A DNA stretch of 64,000 nt from Kiritimatiellia bacterium (GCA_040767085.1 JAXGPF010000003.1:512001-576000), one strand, 5' to 3'. Shown: positions 20,591 to 31,349, counted from the first letter of the stretch. Program-made: numbers and translations. The notes: a model not told the origin generated them from the letters alone.

Positions 20591-23011
20591 TCACGGCAAC
20601 GCGGCATCCAATCGCGGGAGCGGCCGGAGACGCGCGCGGGCTGGCGCCTTCGGCGCATCCTGCTGCCGGAGACGCGCCCGGATTCCCGTGGCCCGGCCCC
20701 CATGGGCGTCCAGGGCAATGCACAGCGCGTGCGCGCCCGGACTCAAATCCAGCGGCACTACCGCTTTGTCCGTCCCAACCGGGGCGCAGCCGCCCGGATC
20801 GCACCAAATTGGCTGGCAATCCAACCACACCTTGACCGGGCCGTCATAGCCCAGCTCCAGCGCCAGCCGCATACCCGTCCGGCAGATCATCCGGACATGG
20901 TAATATACAACTTTTTGTCCGGTTTTCCCGCCATCCGCCAACTCCGGCACTTCGCACAAGGTCAAAGGAAAATCGCGCACCGTGCCCGGCCCCGGGACTG
21001 CCGGGTAAGACAGCGCGCTAATCTTGCCGGAATAAGACTGCAGGCTGCTGACAAAATACCTGGTGATATACCCGGGCGGCAGGCGCGTCTTGAACTCAAA
21101 GATATCAGCCTTCCCCGTCAGACAACGGCCGGCCTGGCGGGCGCGCCGCTGAAGGTTGCGCCAGGCGGAGGGACGGCTGTCGGCCAGCCATAACTGGCGG
21201 TGGCGGCGCATCAGGCCGGTTAATTCACCAGCCAACCGCCGCCGGGCGCGCATCGTATGTTTGCCGCCGGATCCCAGGATCGCCAGTTTGCGCGCCGCAT
21301 GGCGGAGGGTATCCACGGCGAAAATCCAGGCTGGAAATATTTTATCAGGATCAACGCCATGCACCGCGGATGCACGGTTAATATCGGCGCGGCGAGCATC
21401 CAGGCGTTCCAGCACCGCCGCCCCCAACGGGGCATCCACCAGCAGGCTGCGGCGTTGCCATTGCCCGCCACTGAAAACCCGGTCAATCCGCGGATACGCC
21501 GGCACACGGCGGTCGGCGTCCGCGAAAAACATTTTGGGCCAGAAGCCATGGCCGCCGACCTGGGTGATTTCGCCCAGTTCATTTAAAACGCCCGGCAGCC
21601 GCCGGTCAAAACTGTTTAAAAACAACCGGCAAAACCGTGTGTGGTAATCCGCCGCGTCCGCCGCCGGATTCCAGGATTGTTCGGCGCCGAAAAGCAACCC
21701 ATGCCATTCGCAAGCCGGCAGATGGAAATGGCCGCCATCGCCCCAAACCGTGTTGAGCAATCCAGCCGCGCCCTGCCGGGCCGCCGTCCGGGCCGCCGCC
21801 GTAATATTGGCCATGGCCACGGGCAGCCGCGGAAACAAACCACCGTATGAATGGGTGCTGGGACAGGCATACACCGGCCGGCCCTGTCGCGCATTGTCCC
21901 CGACGCCGGGGAACGCATACTCCGGATGATACCCCCAATCCAGGATGGTGATATCCTTGGGCAACCCGGCCGCCAATTCCGGATAATGCCGGAGAATATC
22001 GCCCCAGCACATCATCCGCTTGCCGTGTTTTTCGCATAGGGCATGCAGTCTCAAAAGATGGTCAACATAGACCCGGCCTTTCCCTTTCTGCCGGCACAAT
22101 TCGTAACTTTGCCCATATCCCAAATCCACCGTCTCATCGCAGCAGACATTGAAATTAACCGAACTGAACAGCGGCAGCAATTCCCCATACAACGAATCCA
22201 GAAACTTGTAACCGGCGGGATTAGCCGGCGAGAGCGTAAAGCCTTTGAATTTTTGACTGCGGAACCATTCGGCCAGCCACTCCCGCGCCTTGGGGTCCGG
22301 CGTGACATAACCTTTCAAGCCCAGGCCAAAGTCTTCTGCCAGCCGGCGGTAAGGCGGAAGTTTTAATACCGTTTCCATATGCCCGAACGACGCCAGCGAC
22401 GGCACCAACTCGATGAAATTTTCCCGGCAATATGCGTCCAAATCCAGAATATCCGCCGCCGTTATGGGCGAAGCGCCGCGCCCGATCTCCGGGTGCGCGC
22501 GGAACCGGAAGGTATGCTGCATGTAGAGGGAAAGCTGGTTGATCTTGTAGCGCGCCAGGATATCCGCCATGCGCTTCAAGGCCGTGAGGGTCGGCACCCG
22601 GCCGCGGGCAATGTCCAGGTAAACGCCGCGCGCCGGTATCGCCGGCCAATCGTCTATCGTCAGGCATGGGATTATTTTATTATCCGCCTGCGCCAGAATC
22701 TGCCGGAGCGTCTGCCAGCCGTAAAAAGCGGCGCGGACGGAGCTGGCATGGATTTGCATTCCCTTGAGGTGAATCCGCAATTGATACGCATCCGGTTTCA
22801 TCCGATCCGCCAAATTCAGCGTAATCGCATCGCGGATGGCGGGATTGGCAATATTTATCCCGACCGCACCGACCGATTGACTTATTCGACGGGCCAGCGG
22901 ATATAAGCGTGCGTCCGAAATCCCCAGCGTCGGTTTGGCCGGCATGCTGAAACGGCCGGCATCAAGGCACAGGCGTTGGGGAATCGGGAGTAAAACAAGC
23001 TTTGTTTGCAT
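20591..23011 (-). CDS. GH20-family beta-N-acetylhexosaminidase
   Basis: GH20b N-domain (IDDWP..RGVYLDIARGRVP), SFGH, catalytic CCDET, WGD. Confidence 0.88.
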   Translation of the reverse strand: MQTKLVLLPIPQRLCLDAGRFSMPAKPTLGISDARLYPLARRISQSVGAVGINIANPAIRDAITLNLADRMKPDAYQLRIHLKGMQIHASSVRAAFYGWQTLRQILAQADNKIIPCLTIDDWPAIPARGVYLDIARGRVPTLTALKRMADILARYKINQLSLYMQHTFRFRAHPEIGRGASPITAADILDLDAYCRENFIELVPSLASFGHMETVLKLPPYRRLAEDFGLGLKGYVTPDPKAREWLAEWFRSQKFKGFTLSPANPAGYKFLDSLYGELLPLFSSVNFNVCCDETVDLGYGQSYELCRQKGKGRVYVDHLLRLHALCEKHGKRMMCWGDILRHYPELAAGLPKDITILDWGYHPEYAFPGVGDNARQGRPVYACPSTHSYGGLFPRLPVAMANITAAARTAARQGAAGLLNTVWGDGGHFHLPACEWHGLLFGAEQSWNPAADAADYHTRFCRLFLNSFDRRLPGVLNELGEITQVGGHGFWPKMFFADADRRVPAYPRIDRVFSGGQWQRRSLLVDAPLGAAVLERLDARRADINRASAVHGVDPDKIFPAWIFAVDTLRHAARKLAILGSGGKHTMRARRRLAGELTGLMRRHRQLWLADSRPSAWRNLQRRARQAGRCLTGKADIFEFKTRLPPGYITRYFVSSLQSYSGKISALSYPAVPGPGTVRDFPLTLCEVPELADGGKTGQKVVYYHVRMICRTGMRLALELGYDGPVKVWLDCQPIWCDPGGCAPVGTDKAVVPLDLSPGAHALCIALDAHGGRATGIRARLRQQDAPKAPARARLRPLPRLDAALP

Positions 23012-23014
23012 ATT

Positions 23015-24667
23015 TTATACCGTCAGTCCATCCCCGCGTTTGAATTCATAGCCGCCATCCACCGGGCTGACGCCCGTGAAGGGAATTTCGCCGAAGAGCG
23101 CCCGGCCCAAGGCGGCCTGGGTGGCTTCGCTGTTGCAATAAGCGTTGACATAGGTGTCGGCGGAAGCCACATCATGCAAGAAGTAGGGGGTGCCGAATGA
23201 GATGCAGATTTTTCGCTTGAACAGATGGGCCATGAACGGCCAGATGGGCCCCAGCGCGCGGATGCAGCCATTGGCGTTCATGGTGGTCACATGCTCCATC
23301 AGCACCACCGCCGCATATTGCTCCAAGTGCTCCCGATGTTGGCCAAAGTTCTCGAATTTATCCACCGTAATTTCCACGCCGCGCGCTGTAAAGGCCTTGA
23401 AGAACACCGCAAACCGCTCGGTCTTCATCCGATCGGGCATATGCTCGGACTTCAAAAACAGCACCTTGTCGCCAGGCTTGAGTTGTAACGGAATCAGATT
23501 ATTGCGATTGCGCAGCAAGGTGATGGATTTTTCGCCAATTCGGGCAGCCGCGGCGCGGTAGCGCGCCACGGTGTCCGCGGATACCGGCGGCGGGATGCGG
23601 TTCTCATCCACGCCCAGGTGCGCCTTGAACTCCAGCACCCGCCGGGCCGATTCCTCCAGGCGTTCCATCGAAGCGCGCCCATCCGCCAACGCCTTCAATA
23701 TCAAATCGAAAAACCGGGGCGCGTCCGGCCACAGGAAGATGTCCGCGCCGCCGTTAAAACAATCGAGCATGCGCTGCTCATAATCGGCAAAGCTGCAGAA
23801 TCCGCACATGGTCAGGGCATCGGTGACAATGATCCCCTCGAATCCCAGTTCGCCCCGGAGCAAATCCGTCATCAGCCGGCGGCTGGCGGTGGCGGGACGG
23901 AACATCCCGCGCGCGTCCGCCGGCTCATACGCGGGGAAGCCGATATGGCCGATCATGATCGAAAGCACGCCATCGTCAATCAATTCCTTAAAGACGCGGC
24001 CGTGCAATTTGCGCCAATCCGGCAGGGAAAGCGTATTGAGCGAGGTCACGTTATGCTGGTTGCGGTCATCCGTGCCATCGCCGGGAAAATGCTTGGCGCA
24101 GGCGGCGAAATCATGATCCTGCATGCCGCGGATATAGGCCTTCAGGAGCGGCAGGACATGGTCGGGGTCATCGCCGAAGGCGCGATGGTTGGTCGGTTGG
24201 TTGTTGATGTTAAGATTTAAATCCGCCACCGGCGCGAAGGCCCAGCGCACTCCCAGGCCGCCGGCTTCCACGGCGATCGCCTCGCCCTCGGCATATGCCA
24301 ATGCCGGGTCGTTGGCCGCACCCAGGGCCATGGGATTCGGGAAACGGGTCAGACTGCCGATCACACAGCCCTCGCCATGTTCGAAGTCGCCGCAAAGCAG
24401 CAGCGATTGTTCCGGGCGCGTTATGGCGCGCAGTTTTGCGCACTTCTCCCGGACATCCTCAATGCTGTCGCTGGTCTGGTCAATGATTTCCGCGCCGACA
24501 AAGGCGCTGCCGATGGGATATTTGGCCATGTAATCCGGCGAAGCGCCGCCATCAAACAACGTCTTGGCGCGTTCACAGACCATCTGCCCGACTTTTTCCG
24601 CCACGCTCATTTTTGACAGGGAGTCATCCACCCATTTCCGCTTCGCCGCATTCAATCTGAACAACAT
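23015..24667 (-). CDS. GH3 beta-N-acetylglucosaminidase / beta-glycoside phosphorylase-like
   Basis: DFEHG, APVADL, KHFPGDG..D.NQH, IVTDAL nucleophile, GH3_C domain. Confidence 0.88.
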   Translation of the reverse strand: MLFRLNAAKRKWVDDSLSKMSVAEKVGQMVCERAKTLFDGGASPDYMAKYPIGSAFVGAEIIDQTSDSIEDVREKCAKLRAITRPEQSLLLCGDFEHGEGCVIGSLTRFPNPMALGAANDPALAYAEGEAIAVEAGGLGVRWAFAPVADLNLNINNQPTNHRAFGDDPDHVLPLLKAYIRGMQDHDFAACAKHFPGDGTDDRNQHNVTSLNTLSLPDWRKLHGRVFKELIDDGVLSIMIGHIGFPAYEPADARGMFRPATASRRLMTDLLRGELGFEGIIVTDALTMCGFCSFADYEQRMLDCFNGGADIFLWPDAPRFFDLILKALADGRASMERLEESARRVLEFKAHLGVDENRIPPPVSADTVARYRAAAARIGEKSITLLRNRNNLIPLQLKPGDKVLFLKSEHMPDRMKTERFAVFFKAFTARGVEITVDKFENFGQHREHLEQYAAVVLMEHVTTMNANGCIRALGPIWPFMAHLFKRKICISFGTPYFLHDVASADTYVNAYCNSEATQAALGRALFGEIPFTGVSPVDGGYEFKRGDGLTV

Positions 24668-24756
24668 GTTATCCCCTGATGATTGTCGATTTCTTTCGTC
24701 TGATTTTCCGTTTTCCTGCCAGGAAAAGCACGTGGACATCTGAACTTGCGCATCAT

Positions 24757-24833
24757 CCCTCACCCACACACTCACATACCCACACTCACAAGCACATACT
24801 TCTGCTAGTGGGAGAGGCGTTACACGCCGCGAT
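24757..24833. repeat. CA-rich 8-bp tandem tract plus GTGGGAG...CGCCGCGAT REP-like unit
   Basis: CCACACAC/TCACATAC units followed by GTGGGAGAGGCGTTACACGCCGCGAT; same components at 45011-45227. Confidence 0.6.
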
Positions 24834-25180
24834 CGTCCGGTTCGCCGGGCGTCTCGTCCGCCGGTACAATCAATAAATTAATCCTGCCCCCCTGCCAAGC
24901 CAATTTTTTCATTGACTTCAATTTCTTTTTGGGTCAGCATTTTCCGGAAGGTGGCGCATTGCCCTGGACGCCGCTTAGAGGGTTCCGCTTCGACATGCGA
25001 TCCCGTTGCACGGGACAGGTATTTTTGCGTAGCTGAGCCGGACAAGGTGATCTCGCAAAGACCGGATGCGCACAGATGAGCGGGAAGGATTAAATGGGGT
25101 TGCGGGCTTCCAGCCGTCCCGGGAAATAGTTGAAAACAAGCCGAGATGTATCCCGGCATCAAGGAGGTATTTTGGTTCAT

Positions 25181-28100
25181 ATGAACTTCAAAACATTGCT
25201 GTCGCTGTCATGTCTGGCTTGGGGCGCGGCCGTTGCGCCAGCCGCGGACTATTACGTCAGCCCGGACGGTGATGACGCTCACGACGGCTTGTCGCTGACT
25301 GCGGCCAAAAAGACCATCCAGGCCGCCGTCAATGCCGCCGCGGACGGCGATGCCGTCCATGTGAATGACGGCACGTATGTGCTGGCCGCCGCCGTCAACC
25401 TTGCCAAGCCCCTGACTTTGGCCGGGATCAACGGACGGGACGCGGTTTTCATTGACGGCAACAATGACGTGCGCTGCATGAATGTCACTCATCCGGGAGC
25501 GGTCGTGGAAGGCTTGACCATCTGCCATGGCCAGGATGCTGCGTTCCTTTCAGGTATCGGCGGGGTGAATAATCAGGGCATCATCCGCAATTGCGCTATC
25601 ATCAGCAATTACGCGGCCTGGGGCATCGGGGGGATCGCAAATGCCGGCCGGATGACCGGCTGCCTGGTTTATACCAACACCGGATTGCTGATCGGCGGGG
25701 CGGCCAACAATGCCGGAGGCGTTATCGCCGATTGCGTGGTATCCGGAAATTACGCCGGGGTGGCCGCGGGATTGTCCAATGACGGTCTGGTCAGTAATTG
25801 CGTGGTCATGGCCAACCATAGCGTTTCCTCCGGCGGCGGGGTGATGAACAATGCCTCGGGGCTGGTATGCGACAGCGCCATCGCCGGCAATACCGCGGCG
25901 GCCAGCGCCGGCGGAGTTTACAATATCGGCGGCAGCTTGTCCGGATGCAATATCCATGACAATGCGGCGCCGGAAGGCGCCGGCCTGGTAAACACCAACG
26001 GAGGGATCATTGAATCCTGCACCATCGCCTATAACGCTGCTCTTACCAATGGCGGCGGCGCGTTAAACTCAGGAATCATCTCCAATTGCACCGTGACCGG
26101 CAATACAGCCCAGGAATATGGCGGCGGCATTCATAATTTGTCCGAAGGCTGGATTTACGATTGCACGGTGATTTCCAATACCGCCACAATGGAAGAAATG
26201 GGTTTTACCGGCGGCGGCGGCATATTCAACGAGGCCGGCGAAGTCTGGAATTGCCGGGCGACTTATAACGAAGCGACTCTGGGCGCGGGCATCTATAATT
26301 ATGATGGATTGGCTAATTACTGCCTCGCGGAATATAATTCCGCCGGGTGCGGCGGCGGTATATACAGCGAGGGCGACAAGGCCCGCGTCTGGAATTGCGT
26401 GCTGCGTTATAACCGGGCGATACAGATAGAAGGGATCGGCGGGGGCGCATATTGCGACGAAAACACCGACATGCGCAATTGCCTCGTAGCGGGCAACGAA
26501 GCCATCGGGGGCGGCGGCCTGGTCAATTGGGGCATTGTGTATAATTGCATGGTTATGGGCAACAAGGCCATCTCCCTGGGAGGGGGCATGGTCAATTTAA
26601 ATCTGGCCTGGAATTGCATTGTGCGGGGCAATACCGCGCCGATGGAGGCGGATTATTATGATGATGGCGAAGGGTTGATCGCTTATTCCTGCCTGCCGCA
26701 GCCGGTTGCCGGCGACGGCAATATCACCGCTGATCCCGGCTTGATCAATCCGGGAAGCGGGTTCGGCCTGGAGCATGTTTACGGCGATTATCGCCTCGCC
26801 GCCGGATCGCCCTGCATTGACGCCGGCCAGATGGCCGGCTGGATGCTTGATCCCGCGGCAACCGACCTGGACGGCAATCCACGCATTATCTACGATGAAC
26901 CGGATATTGGCCCATTCGAGTATTTTGCGCCGCCGACGGTCGTGACGGCTTCGGACGGACTTTATGCCGGTTATGTGCGGATAAGCTGGAATACGTCCGA
27001 TCCCGCGCCGGCATATTATGAAGTCTGGCGCGCAGGGACCAACGACCCCAACCAGTCCGCCCGGCTGGCTTCCGCGGCCGGCTTGAGTTATGATGACACA
27101 TCGGCGCAGCCCGGCGCGTTGTATTATTACTGGGTGCGTCCGGTGATGGCCGGGCTGGGACCGTTCAGCGTTTCCGATTCCGGGTGGCGCATTATCCAGG
27201 CGCCGGACGCCCTGGCCGCTTCCGATGGATTATTTACCGATTCCGTGGGGTTATCATGGACGGAGGCGCCGGGCGCCGAAGGCTACAAGGTTTACCGGGG
27301 CACCACCCCGGAATTTACCCAGGCGGCGGAGATCGCAGCGCCAGCCCTGGCCGCATATGCGGATGTTTCCGCTGCGCCCGGCGTGCCTTACCATTACTGG
27401 GTTTGCGCCGTGGGTTTGTTCGCCACGAGCACACCCAGCGCGCCGGACACCGGCTGGCGGCGCAGCATGGCGTCCACGCAGAATGCCTGGGGCGATTTCG
27501 ACGGCGATGGCCTGATGGATCTGGCGATTTACAATGCTCAAACCGGTTTCTGGCAGATTCTGCTTTCCGGCAGCAATTATGCCGCCACCAGCATGCAGTT
27601 GGGCGGGCCGGGGAGCGTTCCGGTGACCGGCGACTTTAACAGCGACGGCCGCACCGATCCGGCGGTTTATCGCGAGGCTGACGGCGAATGGGCGGTCTTC
27701 ATGTCCAACGGATCGTTATGGCATCTCGTCACGTGCATATTTGGCGGCCCGGACTGGCAGGCCGCACCGTCGGATTTTGAAGGCGACGGCAAGACCGATC
27801 CGGTGATTTACTCGCGCAATTCCGGCCAATGGCGCGCCATGTTGTCCGGCGCCGGTTATGCCATCGCCGAGACGGTTCTGGGCGGCGCGGGCTGGCAGGC
27901 CGTTCCGGCGGATTTTGACGGCGACGGCAAAGCCGATCCGGCGGTTTACCGGGAGGCCGATGGCGCCTGGTCGGCCATGCTTTCCGGCGCCGGTTACACG
28001 CCGGCCGCCGCGGCTTTCGGCGGCACGGGGTGGCGGGCGGTCCCGGCGGATTATGACGGCGATTACAAGGCGGACCCGGGCATTTACAACATTCATTCCG

Positions 28101-28324
28101 GCGCCTGGCAGGCCCTCCTTTCCGGCACCGGGTATGCATCGGCCGGCACGGTGTTTGGCGGTGAGAACTGGCTGCCATTGCCGGCGGATTATGACGGGGA
28201 TGGCAAGGCGGATCTGGTCGTGTTCTATGCCGGCACCGGCCAATGGCGCGCCCTGCTGTCAAATTCCGGCTACGCCGAAACGGATGCCCTGTTCGGCGCC
28301 CCGGGCTGGCAACCCTTGCGTTGA
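25181..28324 (+). CDS. Secreted beta-helix / choice-of-anchor-Q / 2x FN3 / FG-GAP repeat surface protein
   Basis: AAGGAGGT RBS; signal peptide; YYVSPDG...IQAAV; GGG[IV]xN repeats; DYRLAAGSPCIDAG...DLDGNPR...DIGPFE; two ASDG..YYYWV repeats; six DFDGDG-type repeats. Confidence 0.88.
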   Translation: MNFKTLLSLSCLAWGAAVAPAADYYVSPDGDDAHDGLSLTAAKKTIQAAVNAAADGDAVHVNDGTYVLAAAVNLAKPLTLAGINGRDAVFIDGNNDVRCMNVTHPGAVVEGLTICHGQDAAFLSGIGGVNNQGIIRNCAIISNYAAWGIGGIANAGRMTGCLVYTNTGLLIGGAANNAGGVIADCVVSGNYAGVAAGLSNDGLVSNCVVMANHSVSSGGGVMNNASGLVCDSAIAGNTAAASAGGVYNIGGSLSGCNIHDNAAPEGAGLVNTNGGIIESCTIAYNAALTNGGGALNSGIISNCTVTGNTAQEYGGGIHNLSEGWIYDCTVISNTATMEEMGFTGGGGIFNEAGEVWNCRATYNEATLGAGIYNYDGLANYCLAEYNSAGCGGGIYSEGDKARVWNCVLRYNRAIQIEGIGGGAYCDENTDMRNCLVAGNEAIGGGGLVNWGIVYNCMVMGNKAISLGGGMVNLNLAWNCIVRGNTAPMEADYYDDGEGLIAYSCLPQPVAGDGNITADPGLINPGSGFGLEHVYGDYRLAAGSPCIDAGQMAGWMLDPAATDLDGNPRIIYDEPDIGPFEYFAPPTVVTASDGLYAGYVRISWNTSDPAPAYYEVWRAGTNDPNQSARLASAAGLSYDDTSAQPGALYYYWVRPVMAGLGPFSVSDSGWRIIQAPDALAASDGLFTDSVGLSWTEAPGAEGYKVYRGTTPEFTQAAEIAAPALAAYADVSAAPGVPYHYWVCAVGLFATSTPSAPDTGWRRSMASTQNAWGDFDGDGLMDLAIYNAQTGFWQILLSGSNYAATSMQLGGPGSVPVTGDFNSDGRTDPAVYREADGEWAVFMSNGSLWHLVTCIFGGPDWQAAPSDFEGDGKTDPVIYSRNSGQWRAMLSGAGYAIAETVLGGAGWQAVPADFDGDGKADPAVYREADGAWSAMLSGAGYTPAAAAFGGTGWRAVPADYDGDYKADPGIYNIHSGAWQALLSGTGYASAGTVFGGENWLPLPADYDGDGKADLVVFYAGTGQWRALLSNSGYAETDALFGAPGWQPLR

Positions 28325-28579
28325 TAACTGCAGACTTCCTGTTATGCCGAGTTCAACATGACAGGAAAGGTTTATCCATGCAGCCCGGTTGGCTTACACA
28401 CGCACTTCCAAATATCCACAACGCTTGTCATAGCCGGGATCACCGGAAGGCGCCACTGGAAATTTGCGCCCTTCCGGATAATTTTCGCGGAAGAACGAAA
28501 GCGCCGCGGCATTAAATGCCGCCGGATTTCATTTACACTCGACCGCGTCAACTTCATCACGCCGTCTTGGAATGATAAA

Positions 28580-31162
28580 TCAGGGATCAAACACCATCCG
28601 CTCCGGAATTTTCAGATCGGACCGGGCGCGGATATCGGCGGAAGACGCGCCGGCTTCCCACACCAGACGCCCCGGATTCAGCGCAAACTGCCCGGCGTCC
28701 CCGTCATAATACGCCAGGTCGCGCAATGGAATTCCGGCCGCAATCCGCCGCGTGGCGCCCGCCGGAATCCGCACGCGTTTAAATGCCTTGAGCATCCGGC
28801 GCGCGCGCGGCGCGGGCGCCGCCGGCGTCTGCGCGTAAAACTGCACCACCTCATCGCCGGCGCGCCGGCCTGTATTTTGAACATCAACTTGCACTGTCAA
28901 CGCATCGCCTGCCAGCCGCGCGCGCAAGTTTGAATATCGGAACGAAGTATAACTCAGGCCGTGGCCGAACGGGAACAGCGGTTTTTGGCGCAGGTACATG
29001 TACGTCCGGCCATGGGACACTTCATAATCGTCAAAGGGCGGCAACTGGCGGGACGAGCGGTAAAATGTCAGCGGCAGCCGGCCGGCCGGATTATGCCGGC
29101 CAAAGAGCACGTCGGCCAGGGCGCGGCCGCCGCTCTCCCCCGGATACCAGGCCGCCATGATCGCCGGAACGCGCGCGGCCAGCGCGCGGATATCCAGCGC
29201 GCTGCCGGTTTCCAGGACCGCCACCGTGCGGGGATTGACCCGCAGCACCCGGCGCAGCATTTCAACTTGTTCGGGGGGCAAGCGGATATCCGGACGGTCC
29301 AGCCCTTCGCTTTCGTAACGCGTGCTGATTCCCACCACCGCCACTACCGCGTCGCACGCGCGCGCGGCCTGGACTTCCGGGGCAAACGCCTTGATTGCCG
29401 GCGGCATCGGTTGATTCCACTCCAGCATGACGGACTTGCGCGAGGGGTATTTGTCCGTGGCAAAATGCTCGACCCGGATTCTATATTCCCGTCCGGCCTC
29501 CAGCGGTACGCTGATAATTTTACGGTCCCAGCCGTGAATGATGTCGCGCCAGAGGTCTTCCACCAATCGGTCGTTTATGTAAAACCGCAGCCCTGAACTG
29601 AATCCTTGCTTGAACTTGTATGTGCCGGCGGCTTTTGGGCGCAAAATGGCGGTCCAGCGCGCCGAATAGTTGTCGGTCCGGACAAACGGATCGGACACCC
29701 AAAGCCAGTTGAAATTAATCGCCGGATCAACCCGCGTGCCCACCGGCTTGCCGCGCAAATGAGAATTATCGAAATATTCAGCGTAAAACCCGGGCTGCTT
29801 GCGCTCTCCCGCGCATGGCGTCAAAAGTTCGCCTGCAAACGGCATGAACTCATCGGGGCGGCAGTAACGCCATCGGACGGGATGGATCGCAACGCCCCGG
29901 GGATGATAGTTCAGCATGCCGGCGGCCGGTGAAATCGCCGGGCGGACGGGCGTACCGCTGTAATGCCCGAACAGGCATTCGTGGGCGTTATTGCCAATCA
30001 CGGCGACCGAACGAATGGTTTGGGGATCAAACGGCAGCAGGGGCCGCCCGCGCACTGGCGCATTTTTCATCAGCACGATGGATTCGCGCGCCGCGCGCAA
30101 TGCCAGTTGGGCATGCCGGCGGCACCCTACCCGGCTGGCGGGAATCCTGGCAAATGGAACGCGGGCGGGCGGATCGAACACCCCCAGGCGGATCATCACG
30201 CGCAGTATCCGCGCGCAGGCTTCGTCCAGGCGTTTTAGCGCAACCTTACCATTCTTAACGTTGTCCGCCTGATGCGCGGGGAACAGCATGTCATGGCCAA
30301 CCTCCACATCCAGGCCGGCATTCATGGCTTTGGCCGCGGCCGCCGCATCGGACTTGACATAATGATGGCGATCGAACATGCGCTTGACCCCGCCGGAATC
30401 GGAAACGATGTAACCGTCAAACCCCCATTCTCCGCGCGCGATTTCGATCAGCAGCTTGCGGCTGGCATGGCAGGGCAGATCGTTGATGGCGTTATAGGCG
30501 GCCATGATTGATTTTGCCCCGGCCTCCGCCACGCAGGCGCGGAAGCCCGGCAGGTAATATTCCCGCAAGGCGCGTTCGGAAACGCGCGCGTTGCATTCAA
30601 AGCGGTTGTGCTCTTCGTTGTTCATGGCGAAATGCTTGGGCGTGGCCACCGCCTTGAGGTAACGCGGATCGGCGCCCTGCAGTCCCCGGACGAAGGCCGC
30701 CCCCATCCGGGCGGTCAGGCAGGGATCCTCACCGTAGGTTTCCTGGGTGCGTCCCCAGCGCGGATCGCGCGCCATATTGACCACCGGCGAGAAAAAAGCG
30801 TAGCAATGCCCCAGTTTGTATTTTGTTGCCTGATCCAGGGAATTGACCATGGCGCGCGCCTCATCTGAAATCGCCGTGGCGATTTTCAGCATCAAGGCGT
30901 CATTGAACATGGCGGCCAGGGCGATGGCCTGGGGAAATACCGTGGCCGGGCCGGGGCGCAGAATGCCGTGCAAGGCCTCGTTTTCCATGTGAATCGGCGG
31001 TATGCCCAGCCGGGGCACGCCGGCGGTTCTGACGTTCAAGAAGCCAAGTTTGTCATGCAGCGTCAGCCTCTGCATCAGGTCGGCCAACCGCTGTTCGCGG
31101 GGCAAAGCGTGGTTCTGGAAGGGATATCGGCCGGAAAAGGCCGCTGACTGTCGTTTAGGCAT
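28580..31162 (-). CDS. GH3 beta-xylosidase/beta-glucosidase with PA14 insertion and Fn3-like C-terminus
   Basis: NEALHG, RDPRWGRTQETYGEDP, KHFA, YIVSD, PA14 (YSARW), ESEGLDR, PFGHGLSYT. Confidence 0.92.
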   Translation of the reverse strand: MPKRQSAAFSGRYPFQNHALPREQRLADLMQRLTLHDKLGFLNVRTAGVPRLGIPPIHMENEALHGILRPGPATVFPQAIALAAMFNDALMLKIATAISDEARAMVNSLDQATKYKLGHCYAFFSPVVNMARDPRWGRTQETYGEDPCLTARMGAAFVRGLQGADPRYLKAVATPKHFAMNNEEHNRFECNARVSERALREYYLPGFRACVAEAGAKSIMAAYNAINDLPCHASRKLLIEIARGEWGFDGYIVSDSGGVKRMFDRHHYVKSDAAAAAKAMNAGLDVEVGHDMLFPAHQADNVKNGKVALKRLDEACARILRVMIRLGVFDPPARVPFARIPASRVGCRRHAQLALRAARESIVLMKNAPVRGRPLLPFDPQTIRSVAVIGNNAHECLFGHYSGTPVRPAISPAAGMLNYHPRGVAIHPVRWRYCRPDEFMPFAGELLTPCAGERKQPGFYAEYFDNSHLRGKPVGTRVDPAINFNWLWVSDPFVRTDNYSARWTAILRPKAAGTYKFKQGFSSGLRFYINDRLVEDLWRDIIHGWDRKIISVPLEAGREYRIRVEHFATDKYPSRKSVMLEWNQPMPPAIKAFAPEVQAARACDAVVAVVGISTRYESEGLDRPDIRLPPEQVEMLRRVLRVNPRTVAVLETGSALDIRALAARVPAIMAAWYPGESGGRALADVLFGRHNPAGRLPLTFYRSSRQLPPFDDYEVSHGRTYMYLRQKPLFPFGHGLSYTSFRYSNLRARLAGDALTVQVDVQNTGRRAGDEVVQFYAQTPAAPAPRARRMLKAFKRVRIPAGATRRIAAGIPLRDLAYYDGDAGQFALNPGRLVWEAGASSADIRARSDLKIPERMVFDP

Positions 31163-31186
31163 GATTATCCTTGGCATTTACAGGCA

Positions 31187-31349
31187 TTAAGGTTCTCAAA
31201 ATAATATAGACATTAATTGAGCGCAATCTTGCATCGGTAGGGCGCCCAGTGCCGCCAGCGCGGCCCGCGCCTTGGGCGCCAAGGCGGGCAAGGGACTGCC
31301 CGCCCTACCAATCCATCAATAATCGTCCAGTCTATTATGAGAATATTAA
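31187..31349. mobile_element. MITE-like element carrying an inverted GTAG-REP pair, copy 2
   Basis: Reverse complement of 18177-18340, TTAA at both ends. Confidence 0.8.

Noticed and set aside
24968-25030. ykkC/guanidine-I-class riboswitch suggested by AGGGTTCCG
   Set aside because: The downstream conserved GGxCCxAG and GGGAxAAAAGCCCGG elements are absent.
28325-28579. Small gene or ncRNA between the convergent surface-protein and GH3 genes
   Set aside because: A few local hairpins consistent with termination, but no recognisable RNA family and no convincing ORF.
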